Source: Bugula neritina (lineage: Eukaryota; Animalia; Bryozoa). Taken from it: a stretch of 64,000 bases of DNA. Under the pieces are notes generated by a model, which saw only the letters and a program-made list of their open reading frames with translations, was not told the DNA's origin and made no database searches. The stretch covers positions 1,426,001 to 1,490,000 of the forward strand of contig CAXIUT010000230.1 in NCBI GenBank assembly GCA_964035545.1, written 5' to 3'. Below are positions 28,501-45,000 of the stretch, piece by piece (the stretch's first letter is position 1; each line of letters opens with the position of its first letter). A program made the position numbers and the translations under genes.

Positions 28501-30975
28501 CTGAAATACATTGAAACATAATGCAACATACTGCAACATTCTGAAATACACTGTAACATATCGAAATACAGTGCAACATACTGCAACATACTGCAAGATA
28601 CTGAAATACACTGTAACATATCGAAACACACTGCAACATACTGCAACATACTGAAATACACTGGAACATAATGGAATACACTGCAACACATTGAAATATA
28701 CTGCAACACACTGAAACATAAGGCAACATGATGAAATATACTGCGACACATTAAATTAAACTGCAACACACTGAAATATACTGCAACAGACTGAAATATA
28801 CTCTAACATACCGAAATACACTGTAACATACTCAAATATACTGCAACATACTGCAACATACTGAAGTACACTTGAACGTAATGAAATACACTGCAACCCA
28901 TTGATATATACTGCAACATTTCGAAATGAATGGTAAACTAGTGAAATAGAGTGTAACATAATGAAACATACCGGAACATACTGCAACATAATAAAATATA
29001 GTGTAACACACCGAAACATGCGTCAACATACCGAAATATACTGCAACACCTTGAAAAATACTGCAACATACTTAAACATACGGCAACATACTGAAATATA
29101 CTGCAACATACTGAAATACACTCTAACATATTGAAATATGCTGTAGCATACTGAAATACACTGCCACACACTGAAGTATACTGTAATATACAGAAATGTA
29201 CTGTAACATACTGAAACATACGGCAACATACTGAAATGTACTGCAACATACTGAAAAATACTCTAAGTGGTGCAACATACTGAAATACACTGTGACACAC
29301 TGAAATACACCGCAACACACTGCAACATACTGCAACATACTGAAATACACTGTAACATATTGAAATACACTGCAACATACTGCAACATACTGAACAACAC
29401 TGGAACATATTGGAATACACTGCAACACATTGAAATATACTGCAACACACTGAAACATACGGCAACATACTGAAATACACTGCAAAATACTGCAACATAC
29501 TAAAATACACTGTAACATACTGAAACATACTGCAACATACTGAAATATACTGTAATACACTGAAATGTAATGCAACATACTGAATTATACTGCAACATAG
29601 TGCAACATACTGAAATACACCACAACATACTGCAACATACTGAAACCCAATGGAACATATTGAAATACACTGCGACACTCTGAAATATACTGCAACACAC
29701 TGAAACATACGGCAACATACCGAAATAAACTGCGACACGTTGAAAATTACTGCAACATACTGAAATATACTGCAAGTGGTGCAACATACTGAAATACACT
29801 ATGACACACTGAAATACACTGCAACATACTGCAACATACTGAAATATACTGCGTCGCACTAAAATACACTGCAACATACTGAAATATACTGCAACATACT
29901 GAAATGTAGTGTAATATACAGAAATACACTCTAACATACTGAAATATACTGCCACTTACTGCATTATCTTGACTTACACTTGAACATAAAAAAATACACT
30001 GCAACACATTGAAATATACTGCGACATACCGAAATGAATGGTAAACTAGTGAAATATACTGTAACATAATGAAACATACCGGAACATACTGCACCTTTAT
30101 AAAATGTACTGCAACACACTGAAATACACTGCAAGATACTGAAATACACTATAACACACTGAAATACACTGCAACATACTGAAGTACACTGAAATACACT
30201 GTAACATATTGAAATACATTGCAAAACATCGAAATATACTGTATAATACTGAAACCCATGCAACATACTGAAATACGCTGCAACATACTAAAATATACTG
30301 CAACATACTGCAACATCCTAAAATACACTGTAACATACTGAAATACACCACAACATACTGCAACATACTGAAATACACTGGAACATATTGAATTACACTG
30401 CGACACATTGAAATACACTGCAACATACTGAAATATACTGCAAGATACTGCAACATACTGAAACAGACTGTGACATACTGAAATACACTGCAACGTACTG
30501 CAAGATACTGCAACATACTGAAATACACTGGAACATATTGATATACACTGCAACACATTGAAATATACTGCAACACACTGAAACATACGGCAATATACCG
30601 AAATACACTGCGACACCCTGAAAAATACTGTAAATACTGAAATATACTGTAAGTGGTGCAACATACTGAAATACACTGTGACACACTGAAATACACTGCA
30701 ACACACTGCAACATACTGAAATACAATGTAACATATTGAAACACTCTGCAACATACTGCAATATACTGAAATACACTGGAACATATTGGATTACACTGCA
30801 ACACATTGAAATATACTGCAACACACTGAAACATACGGCAACATACTGAGATATACTGCGACGCCTAAAAATATACTGCAATATACTGAAATATAATGCA
30901 ACATACTGCAACACACTAAAATACACTGTAACATACTGAAATACATTGCAACACATTAAAATATACTGCAACATA
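21220..30975 (+). repeat. Tandem higher-order repeat, 4162-bp period (about 2.3 copies)
   Basis: ORF pairs at +4162: 21640 to 25802 to 29964; 22737 to 26899; 23652 to 27814; 24776 to 28938; 25935 to 30097. Confidence 0.92.
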
Positions 30976-32130
30976 CTGCAACATACTGCAACATACTGAA
31001 ATATACTGCGTCGCATTAAAATACCCTGCAACATACTGAAATATACTGCAACATACTGAAATGTAGTGTAATATACAGAAATACACTGTAACATACTGAA
31101 ATATACTGCCACTTACTGCATTATCTTGACTTACACTTGAACATAAAAAAATACACTGCAACACATTGAAATATACTGCGACATACCGAAATGAATGGTA
31201 AACTAGTGAAATATACTGTAACATAATGAAACATACCGGAACATACTGCGCCTTTATAAAATGTACTGCAACACACTGAAATACACTGCAAGATACTGAA
31301 ATACACTATAACACACTGAAATACACTGCAACATACTGAAGTACACTGAAATACACTGTAACATATTGAAATACATTGCAAAACATCGAAATATACTGTA
31401 TAATACTGAAACCCATGCAACATACTGAAATACGCTGCAACATACTAAAATATACTGCAACATACTGCAACATCCTAAAATACACTGTAACATACTGAAA
31501 GACACCACAACATACTGCAACATACTGAAATACACTGGAACATATTGAATTACACTGCGACACATTGAAATACACTGCAACATACTGAAATATACTGCAA
31601 GATACTGCAACATACTGAAACAGACTGTGACATACTGAAATCGCTGCAACGTACTGCAAGATACTGCAACATACTGAAATACACTGGAACATATTGATAT
31701 ACACTGCAACACATTGAAATATACTGCAACACACTGAAACATACGGCAATATACCGAAATACACTGCGACACCCTGAAAAATACTGTAAATACTGAAATA
31801 TACTGTAAGTGGTGCAACATACTGAAATACACTGTGACACACTGAAATACACTGCAACACACTGCAACATACTGAAATACAATGTAACATATTGAAACAC
31901 TCTGCAACATACTGCAATATACTGAAATACACTGGAACATATTGGATTACACTGCAACACATTGAAATATACTGCAACACACTGAAACATACGGCAACAT
32001 ACTGAGATATACTGCGACGCCTAAAAATATACTGCAATATACTGAAATATAATGCAACATACTGCAACACACTAAAATACACTGTAACATACTGGAATAC
32101 ATTGCAACACATTAAAATATACTGCAACAT
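29815..32130 (+). repeat. Tandem duplication, 1157-bp period, inside the third 4162-bp unit; the unit then continues to about 34070
   Basis: 29964..30266 to 31121..31423 (+1157). The offset becomes +1156 after a 1-bp loss at about 31641 (aaatcgctgcaac). 32217 matches 26899 at +5318 (4162+1156). Confidence 0.88.
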
Positions 32131-35100
32131 ACTGAAACATACTGCAACAAACTGAAATACACTGCAACATACTGAAAAACACTATAACATAATGAAATAT
32201 ACTGCAACATACTGAATTACTCTCTATCATACTGAAATATGCTGTAGCATACTGAAGTATACTGCAATATACTGAAATGTACTGCAACATTCTGAACTAT
32301 ACTGCAACATACTGCAATATACTGAAATACACTGTAACATAAAGAAATATGCTGTAGCACACTGAAAGACGCTGCAACACACTGAAGTATACTGTAATAT
32401 ACTGAAATGTACGGCAACATACCGAAATATACTGCAACGCATTGAATTACACTGTGACATATTGAAATATACCACAACATACTGAAATGTAGTGTAACCT
32501 GCAGAAATGTACTGTAACATACTGAAATATACTGTAACACACTGAAATATACTCTTACATACCGAAATACACTGCAACATACTGAAATATACTGCAAGTG
32601 GTGCAACATACTGAAATACACTGTGACACACTGAAATACACTGCAACATACTGCAACATACTGAAATATACTGCGACGCATTAAAATATACTGCAACATA
32701 CTGATATATACTGCAGCATACTGAAATGTAGTGTAATATACAGAAATACACTGTAGCATACTGAAATATACTGCAACATACTGCATTATCCTGAATTACA
32801 CTTGAACATAATGAAATACACTGCAACACATTGAAATATACTGCGACATACCGAAATGAATGGTAAACTAGAGAAATATACTTAAACATATTGAAACATA
32901 CCGGAACATACTGCAACATAACAAAATATATTGCAACACATTGAAATATACGGCAACATACCGAAATATACCGCGACACGTTGAAAAATACTGCAACATA
33001 CTGAAATATACTGGAACATACTGCAACATACTAAAATATACTGCAACATACTGAAACATACTGCAACATACTGAAATATACTGCAACTTACTGAAATACA
33101 CTATAACATGTTGAAATATACCGCAACATACTTAATTACACTCTAAGATGCTGAAGTATGCTGTAGCATACTGAAATACACTGCAACGCACTGAAGTATA
33201 CTGTAATACACTGGAATGTAACGCAACATGCTTAATTATACTGCAATATACTGCAACATACTGAAATACACTAAACATACTGCAACATACTGAAATACAC
33301 AGGAACATATTGAAATACACTGCGACACATTGAAATATACTGCAACATACTGAAATATACTGCAAGATACTGCAACATACTGAAATAGACTGTGACATAC
33401 TGAAATACACTGCAACATAGTGCAAGAAACTGCAACATACTGAAATACACTGTAACATATTGAAATACACTGCATCATACTGCAGCATACTGACATACAC
33501 TGGAACATATTGATATACACTGCAACACATTGAAATATACTGCAACACACTGCAACATGCTGAATTACACTTGAACATGATGAAATACACTGCAAAACAT
33601 TGAAATATACTGCAACATATCGAAATGAATGGTAAACTAGTGAAATATACTGTAACATAATGAAACATACCGGAACATACTGCAACATAACAAAATATAG
33701 TGCAACACATTGAAATATACGGCAACATACCGAAATATACTGCGACACGTTGAAAAATACTGCAACATACTGAAATATACTGCAAGTGGTGCAACATACT
33801 GAAATACACTGTGACACACTGAAATACATTGAAACATAATGCAACATACTGCAACATCCTGAAATACACTGTAACATATCGAAATACAGTCCAACATACT
33901 GCAACATACTGCAAGATACTGAAATACACTGTAACATATCGAAACACACTGCAACATACTGCAACATACTGAAATACACTGGAACATAATGGAATACACT
34001 GCAACACATTGAAATATACTGCAACACACTGAAAGATAAGGCAACATGATGAAATATACTGCGACACATTAAAATACACTGCAACATGCTGCAACATACT
34101 GCAACATACTAAAATACACTGCAACAAACTGAAGTACATCGCAACACATTAAAACTTACTGCAACTTACTGAAACACACTGCAACATTTTAAAATACACT
34201 GCAACATATCGAAATACACTATAACATATTGAAATATACTGCAACATACTGAATTACACTCTAACATACTGAAATATTCTGTAGCCTACTGGAATACACT
34301 GCAACACACTGAAGTACACGGTAATACACTGAAATGTACTGCAACATACTGAATTAAACTGCAACATACTGCAACATACTGGAATACACTGTAACATAAT
34401 GAAATATGTTGTAGCACACTGAAATATACTGCAACACACTGTAGTATACTGTAATATAATGAACTGTACTGCAACATACTGAAATATAATGCAACGCGTT
34501 GAATTACACTGTAACATGTTGAAATATACCGCAACATACTGAAATGCACTGTAATATACAGAAATGTACTGTAACATACTGAAATATACTGTAACACACT
34601 GAATAATACTCTAACATACCGAAATACACTGTAACATACTGAATTATACTGCAACATACTGCATTATACTGAATTACACTTGAACATAATGAAATACACT
34701 GCAACTTATTGAAATATACTGCGACATACCGAAATGAATGGTAAACTAGTGAAATATACTGTAACATAATGAAACATACCGGAACATACTGCAACATACT
34801 GCAACATACTGAAATACACTGAAATATATCGAAATACACTGCAACATACTGCAACATACTGAAATACACTGGAACATAATGAAATACACTGCAACACATT
34901 GAAATATACTGCAACATTTCGAAATGAATAGTAAACTAGTGAAATATACTGTAACATAATGAAACATACCGGAACATACTGCAACATAATAAAATATAGT
35001 GTAACACACTGAAAAATGCGGCGTCATACCGAAATATACTGCAACACGTTGAAAATTACTGCAACATACTGAAATATACTGCAACATACTGCAATATACT

Positions 35101-35789
35101 GAAATACACTGGAACATATTGAACTACACTGCAACACTCTGAAATATACTGCAACACACTGAAACATACGGCAACATACCGAAATAAACTGCGACACGTT
35201 GAAATATACTGCAACATACTGAAATATACTGCTAGTGGTGCAACATACTGAAATACACTATGACACACTGAAATACACTGCAACATACTGCAACATACTG
35301 AAATATACTGCGTCGCATTAAAATACACTGCAACATACTGAAATATACTGCAACATAGTGAAATGTAGTGTTATATACAGAAATACACTGTAACATACTG
35401 AAATATACTGCAACATACTGCATTATCCTGAATTACACTTGAACATAAAAAAATACACTGCAACACATTGAAATATACTGCGACATACCGAAATGAATGG
35501 TAAACTAGTGAATTATACTGTAACATAATGAAACTTACCGGATAATACTGCAACATAATAAAATATACTGTAACACATTGAAATACACTGCAAGATACTG
35601 AAATATACTGCAACATACTGAAACCCATGCAACATACTGAAATACGCTGCAACATACTGAATTATACTGCAAGATACTGCAACATACTGAAATACACTAT
35701 AACACAGTGAAATACACTGCAACATACTGAAGTACACTGAAATACACTGTAACATATTGAAATACATTGCAAAACATCGAAATATACTG

Positions 35790-36430
35790 CAACATACTGA
35801 AATATGCTGTAGCATACTGAAAGACACTACAACTCAGTGAAGTATAGTGTAATATACGGAAATGTACTGACACATGCCGAAATATACTGCAACATACTGA
35901 AATACACTGGAACATTTTGATATGCAATGCAACGCATGGAGTTATACTGCAACACACTGAAACATAAGGCAACATACTGAAATACACTGCAACATACTGC
36001 AACATACTAAAACACACTGCAACATACTGAAAACCACTATAACATATTGAAATATACTGCAACATACTGAAATACACTATAACATATTGAAATATGCTGT
36101 AGCATACTGAAATACACTGCCACACAGTGAAGTATACTGTAATACACAGAAATGTACTGTAACATACTGAAACATAGGGCAACATACTGAAATGTACTGC
36201 AACATACTGAAATACACCCTAACATACTGAAATATGCTGTAGCATACTGAAAGACACTACAACTCAGTGAAGTATAGTGTAATATACGGAAATGTACTGA
36301 CACATGCCGAAATATACTGCAACATACTGAAATACACTGGAACATTTTGATATGCACTGCAACGCATTGAATTATACTGCAACACACTAAAACATAAGGC
36401 AACATACTGAAATACACTGCGAAACATTGA
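35790..36430 (+). repeat. Local direct duplication, 430-bp offset
   Basis: The rare string aagacactacaactcagtgaagtatagtgtaatatacggaaatgtactgacacatgccg occurs at 35821 and 36251. Confidence 0.85.
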
Positions 36431-36479
36431 AACATACTGCAACATACTAAAATATACTGCAACATACTGCAACATCCTA

Positions 36480-38030
36480 AAATACACTGCAACATACTGA
36501 AATACACTGTAACATATTCAAATACACTGCATCATACTGCAACATACTCACATACACTGGAACATATTCATATACACTGCAACACATTGAAATATACTGC
36601 AACACACGGAACCATTCGGCAACATACCGAAATACACTGCGACACAGTGAAAAATACGGCAACATACTGAAATATACTGCAAATGATGCACGTACTGAAA
36701 TACAATGTGACACACTGAAATACACTGCAACATACTGCAACATACTGAAATACACTGTAACATATTGAAATACACTGCATGATACTGCAACATACTGATA
36801 TACACTGGAACATATTGATATACACTGCAACACATTGAAATATTCTGTAACATAATGAAACATACCGGAACATACTGCAACGTAATAAAATATAGTGTAA
36901 CACGTTGAAAAATACTGCAACATACTGAAATATACTGCAAGTGGTGCAACATACTGAAATACACTGTGACACCCTGAAATACACTGCAACATAATGCAAC
37001 ATACTGTACCATACTGAAAGACACTGTAACATATCGAATTACACTGCAACATACTGCAACATACTGAAATATACTGCAACATACTGCAACATACTGAAAT
37101 ACACTGCAACATACTGAATTACATTGCAACACTTTAAAATATACTGCAACATACTGAAACATACTGCAACATACTGAAATATACTGCAACATACTGAAAT
37201 ACACTATAACATATTGAAATATACTGCAACATACTGAATTACACTCTAACATACTGAAATATGCTGTAGCATACTGAAATACACTGCAACACACTGAAGT
37301 ATACTGTAATACACTGAAATGTAATGCAACATACTGAATTATACTGCAACATAGTGCAACATAGTGAAATACACCACAACATACTGCAACATACTGAAAT
37401 ACACTGGAACATTTTGAAATACACTGCGACACATTGAAATACACTGCAACATACTGAATTATACTGCAAGATACTGCAACATACTGAATCAGACTGTGAC
37501 ATACTGAAGTACACTGCAACATACTGCAAGATACTGCAACATAATGAAATACACTGTAACATACTGAAATACATTGCAACACAGTAAAATATACTGCAAC
37601 ACACTGAAACATACGGCAATATACCGAAATACACTGCGACACCATGAAGAATACTGTAAATACTGAAATCTACTGTAAGTGGTGCAACATACTGAAATAC
37701 ACTGGAACATATTGAAATACACTGCGGCACATTGAATTATACTGCAACACACTGAAGTATACTGTAATACACTGAAATATAATGCAACATGCTGAATTAT
37801 ACTGCAACATACTGCAACATACTGAAATACACTGTAACATACTGAAATATACTGCAACACACTGAAACATACGGCAACATACTGAGATATACTGCGACGC
37901 CTTAAAATATACTGACATACTGAAATATAATGCAACATACTGCAACATACTAAAATATACTGTAACATACTGAAATACACTGCAACATCTTTAAAAATAC
38001 TGCAACATACTTAAACATACGGCATCATAC
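36480..38030 (+). repeat. Dispersed near-identical copy of about 4540-6090 (9-kb block material reappearing at +31942)
   Basis: ORFs 4626..5090 to 36568..37032 and 5547..6038 to 37489..37980. It shares the diagnostic tagtgtaacacgttgaaaaa deletion junction (about 4951, 19580, 36894). Confidence 0.85.
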
Positions 38031-38278
38031 TGAAATATAATGCAACATACTGCAACATACTGAAATACACTGTAACATACTGAAATATATTGCAACACAC
38101 TGAAACATACGGCAACATACTGAGATATACTGCGACGCCTTAAAATATACTGACATACTGAAATATAATGCAACATACTGCAACATACTAAAATACACTG
38201 TAACATACTGAAATACACTGCAATATATTTAAAAATACTGCAACATACTTAAACATACGGCATCATACTGAAATATAA
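37803..38278 (+). repeat. Tandem duplication, 238-bp unit x2
   Basis: gagatatactgcgacgccttaaaatatactgacatactg occurs at about 37884 and 38122. ORF ends 37991 and 38229 differ by 238. Confidence 0.88.
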
Positions 38279-39059
38279 TGCGACATACTGCAACATACTG
38301 AAATACACTGTAACATATTGAAATACACTGCATAATACTGCAACATACTGAAATACACTGGAACATATTGACATACACTGCAACACATTGAAATATTCTG
38401 TAGCATAATGAAACATACCGGAACATACTGCACCTTAATAAAATGTACTGTAACACACTGAAATATACTGCAAGATACTGAAATATACTGTAACATACTG
38501 AAACTCATGCAACATACTGAAATACGCTGCAACATACTGAAATATACTGCAAGATACTGCAACATACTGAAATACACTATAACACACTGAAATACACTGC
38601 AACATAATGCAACATACTGTACCATACTGAAATACACTGTAACATATCGAATTACACTGCAACATACTGCAACATACTGAAATATACTGCAACATACTGC
38701 AACATACTGAAACATACTGCAACATACAGAAATATACTGCAACATACTGAAGTACACTATAGCATATTGAAATATACTGCAACATACTGAATTACACCCT
38801 AACATACTGAAACATGCTGTAGCATACTGAAATACACTGCAACACACTGAAGTATACTGTAATACACTGAAATGTAATGCAACATACTGAATTATACGGC
38901 AACATAGTGCAACATACTGAAATACACCACAACATACTGCAACATACTGAAACCCAATGGAACATATTGAAATACACTGCGACACTCTGAAATATACTGC
39001 AACACACTGAAACATACGGCAACATACTGAAATAAACTGCGACACGTTGAAAATTACTG

Positions 39060-42000
39060 CAACATACTGAAATATACTGCAAGTGGTGCAACATACTGAA
39101 ATACACTATGACACACTGAAATACACTGCAACATACTGCAACATACTGAAATATACTGCGTCGCATTAAAATACCCTGCAACATACTGAAATATACTGCA
39201 ACATACTGAAATGTAGTGTAATATACAGAAATACACTGTAACATACTGAAATATACTGCCACTTACTGCATTATCTTGACTTACACTTGAACATAAAAAA
39301 ATACACTGCAACACATTGAAATATACTGCGACATACCGAAATGAATGGTAAACTAGTGAAATATACTGTAACATAATGAAACATACCGGAACATACTGCA
39401 CCTTTATAAAATGTACTGCAACACACTGAAATACACTGCAAGATACTGAAATACACTATAACACACTGAAATACACTGCAACATACTGAAGTACACTGAA
39501 ATACACTGTAACATATTGAAATACATTGCAAAACATCGAAATATACTGTATAATACTGAAACCCATGCAACATACTGAAATACGCTGCAACATACTAAAA
39601 TATACTGCAACATACTGCAACATCCTAAAATACACTGTAACATACTGAAATACACCACAAAATACTGCAACATACTGAAATACACTGGAACATATTGAAT
39701 TACACTGCGACACATTGAAATACACTGCAACATACTGAAATATACTGCAAGATACTGCAACATACTGAAACAGACTGTGACATACTGAAATACACTGCAA
39801 CGTCCTGCAAGATACTGCAACATACTGAAATACACTGGAACATGTTGATATACACTGCAACACATTGAAATATACTGCAACACACTGAAACATACGGCAA
39901 TATACCGAAATACACTGCGACACCCTGAAAAATACTGTAAATACTGAAATATACTGTAAGTGGTGCAACATACTGAAATACACTGTGACACACTGAAATA
40001 CACTGCAACACACTGCAACATACTGAAATACAATGTAACATATTGAAACACTCTGCAACATACTGCAATATACTGAAATACACTGGAACATATTGGATTA
40101 CACTGCAACACATTGAAATATACTGCAACACACTGAAACATACGGCAACATACTGAGATATACTGCGACGCCTAAAAATATACTGCAATATACTGAAATA
40201 TAATGCAACATACTGCAACACACTAAAATACACTGTAACATACTGAAATACATTGCAACACATTAAAATATACTGCAACATACTGAAACATACTGCAACA
40301 AACTGAAATACACTGCAACATACTGTAAAACACTATAACATAATGAAATATACTGCAACATACTGAATTACTCTCTATCATACTGAAATATGCTGTAGCA
40401 TACTGAAGTATACTGCAATATACTGAAATGTACTGCAACATTCTGAACTATACTGCAACATACTGCAATATACTGAAATACACTGTAACATAAAGAAATA
40501 TGCTGTAGCACACTGAAATACGCTGCAACACACTGAAGTATACTATAATATACTGAAATGTACTGCAACATACCGAAATATACTGCAACGCATTGAATTA
40601 CACTGTGACATATTGAAATATACCACAACATACTGAAATGTAGTGTAACCTGCAGAAATGTACTGTAACATACTGAAATATACTGTAACACACTGAAATA
40701 TACTCTTACATACCGAAATACACTGTAACATACTGAAATATACTGCAAGTGGTGCAACATACTGAAATACACTGTGACACACTGAAATACGCTGCAACAT
40801 ACTGCAACATACTCAAATATACTGCGACGCATTAAAATATACTGCAACATACTGATATATACTGCAGCATACTGAAATGTAGTGTAATATACAGAAATAC
40901 ACTGTAGCATACTGAAATATACTGCAACATACTGCATTATCCTGAATTACACTTGAACATAATGAAATACACTGCAACACATTGAAATATACTGCGACAT
41001 ACCGAAATGAATGGTAAACTAGAGAAATATACTGAAACATATTGAAACATACCGGAACATACTGCAACATAACAAAATATATTGCAACACATTGAAATAT
41101 ACGGCAACATACCGAAATATACCGCGACACGTTGAAAAATACTGCAACATACTGAAATATACTGGAACATACTGCAACATACTAAAATATACTGCAACAT
41201 ACTGAAACATACTGCAACATACTGAAATATACTGCAACTCACTGAAATACACTATAACATGTTGAAATATACTGCAACATACTTAATTACACTCTAAGAT
41301 GCTGAAGTATGCTGTAGCATACTAAAATACACTGCAACGCACTGAAGTATACTGTAATACACTGGAATGTAACGCAACATGCTTAATTATACTGCAACAT
41401 ACTGCAACATACTGAAATACACTACACATACTGCAACATACTGAAATATACTGCAAGATACTGCAACATACTGAAATAGACTGTGACATACTGAAATACA
41501 CTGCAACATAGTGCAAGAAACTGCAACATACTGAATTACACTGTAACATATTGAAATACACTGCATCATACTGCAACATACTGACATACACTGGAACATA
41601 TTGATATACACTGCGACACATTGAAATATACTGCAACACACTGCAACATGCTGAATTACACTTGAGCATGATGAAATACACTGCAAAACATTGAAATATA
41701 CTGCAACATATCGAAATGAATGGTAAACTAGTGAAATATACTGTAACATAATGAAACATACCGGAACATACTGCAACATAACGAAATATAGTGCAACACA
41801 TTGAAATATACGGCAACATACCGAAATATACTGCGACACGTTGAAAAATACTGCAACATACTGAAATATACTGCAAGTGGTGCAACATACTGAAATACAC
41901 TGTGACACACTGAAATACATTGAAACATAATGCAACATACTGCAACATCCTGAAATACACTGTAACATATCGAAATACAGTGCAACATACTGCAACATAC

Positions 42001-45000
42001 TGCAAGATACTGAAATACACTGTAACATATCGAAACACACTGCAACATACTGCAACATACTGAAATACACTGGAACATAATGGAATACACTGCAACACAT
42101 TGAAATATACTGCAACACAATGAAACATAAGGCAACATGATGAAATATACTGCGACACATTAAAATACACTGCAACTTGCTGCAACATACTGCAACATAG
42201 TGAAGTACACCGTGACACACTGAAATACACTGCAACATACTGCAACATACGGCAACATACTGAAATATACTGCGACGCGTTAAAATATACTGCAACATAC
42301 TGAAACATACTGCAACATACTGCAACATACTAAAATACACTGCAACATACTGAAGTACATCGCAACACATTAAAACTTACTGCAACTTACTGAAACACAC
42401 TGCAACATTTTGAAATATACTGCAACATATCGAAATACACTATAACATATTGAATTATACTGCGACATACTGAATTACACTCTAACATACTGAAATATGC
42501 TGTAGCCTACTGGAATACACTGCAACACACTGAAGTACACGGTAATACACTGAAATGTACTGCAACATACTGAATTAAACTGCAACATACTGCAACATAC
42601 TGGAATACACTGTAACATAATGAAATACACTGTAACACACTGTAGTATACTGTAATATACTGAAATGTACTGCAACATACTGAAATATAATGCAACGCGT
42701 TGAATTACACTGTAACATGTTAAAATATACCGCAACATACTGAAATGCACTGTAATATACAGAAATGTACTGTAACATACTGAAATATACTGTAACACAC
42801 TGAATAATACTCTAACATACCGAAATACACTGTAACATACTGAATTATACTGCAACATACTGCATTATACTGAATTACACTCGAACATAATGAAATACAC
42901 TGCAACACATTGAAATATACTGCGACATACCGAAATGAATGGTAAACTAGTGAAATATACTGTAACATAATGAAACATACCGGAACATACTGCAACATAC
43001 TGCAACATACTGAAATACACTGAAGTATATCGAAATACACTGCAACATACTGCAACATACTGAAATACACTGGAACATAATGGAATACACTGCAACAAAC
43101 TAAAATATACTGCAACATACTGAAAAGTAATGTAATATACAGAAATGTACTGTAACATACTGAAATATACTGTAACAGACTGAAATATACTCTAACATAC
43201 CGAAATACACTGTAACATACTGAAATATTCTGCAACATACTGCAACATACTGAATTACACTTGAACGTAATGAAATACAATGCAACACATTGAAATATAC
43301 TGCAACATTTCGAAACGAATAGTAAACTAGTGAAATATACTGTAACATAATGAAACATACCGGAACATACTGCAACATAATAAAATATAGTGTAACACAC
43401 TGAAAAATGCGGCATCATACCGAAATATACTGCAACACGTTGAAAGTTACTGCAACATACTGAAATATACTGCAACATACTGCAATATACTGAAATACAC
43501 TGGAACATATTGAACTACACTGCAACACTCTGAAATATACTGCAACACACTGAAACATACGGCAACATACCGAAATAAACTGCGACACGTTGAAATATAC
43601 TGCAACATACTGAAATATACTGCTAGTGGTGCAACATACTGAAATGCACTATGACACACTGAAATACACTGCGACATACTGCAACATACTGAAATATACT
43701 GCGTCGCATTAAAATACACTGCAACATACTGAAATATACTGCAACATACTGAAATGTAGTGTAATATACGGAAATACACTGTAACATACTGAAATATACT
43801 GCCACTTACTGCATTATCTTGACTTACACTGGAACATAAAAAAATACACTGCAACACATTGAAATATACTGCGACATACCGAAATGAATGGTAAACTAGT
43901 GAAATATACTGTAACATAATGAAACATACCGGAACATACTGCAACATACTGCAACATACTGAAATACACTGAAGTATATCGAAATACACTGCAACATACT
44001 GAAATACACTGGAACATAATGGAATACACTGCAACACATTGAAATATACTGCAACACAATGAAACATAAGGCAACATGATGAAATATACTGCGACACATT
44101 AAAATACACTGCAACTTGCTGCAACATACTGCAACATAGTGAAGTACACCGTGACACACTGAAATACACTGCAACATACTGCAACATACGGCAACATACT
44201 GAAATATACTGCGACGCGTTAAAATATACTGCAACATACTGAAACATACTGCAACATACTGCAACATACTAAAATACACTGCAACATACTGAAGTACATC
44301 GCAACACATTAAAACTTACTGCAACTTACTGAAACACACTGCAACATTTTGAAATATACTGCAACATATCGAAATACACTATAACATATTGAATTATACT
44401 GCGACATACTGAATTACACTCTAACATACTGAAATATGCTGTAGCCTACTGGAATACACTGCAACACACTGAAGTACACGGTAATACACTGAAATGTACT
44501 GCAACATACTGAATTAAACTGCAACATACTGCAACATACTGGAATACACTGTAACATAATGAAATATGTTGTAGCACACTGAAATACACTGCAACACACT
44601 GTAGTATACTGTAATATACTGAAATGTACTGCAACATACTGAAATATAATGCAACGCGTTGAATTACACTGTAACATGTTGAAATATACCGCAACATACT
44701 GAAATGCACTGTAATATACAGAAATGTACTGTAACATACTGAAATATACTGTAACACACTGAATTATACTGCAACATACTGCATTATACTGAATTACACT
44801 TGAACATAATGAAATACACTGCAACACATTGAAATATACTGCGACATACCGAAATGAATGGTAAACTAGTGAAATATACTGTAACATAATGAAACATACC
44901 GGAACATACTGCAACATACTGAAATACACTGAAGTATATCGAAATACACTGCAACATACTGCAACATACTGAAATACACTGGAACATAATGGAATACACT

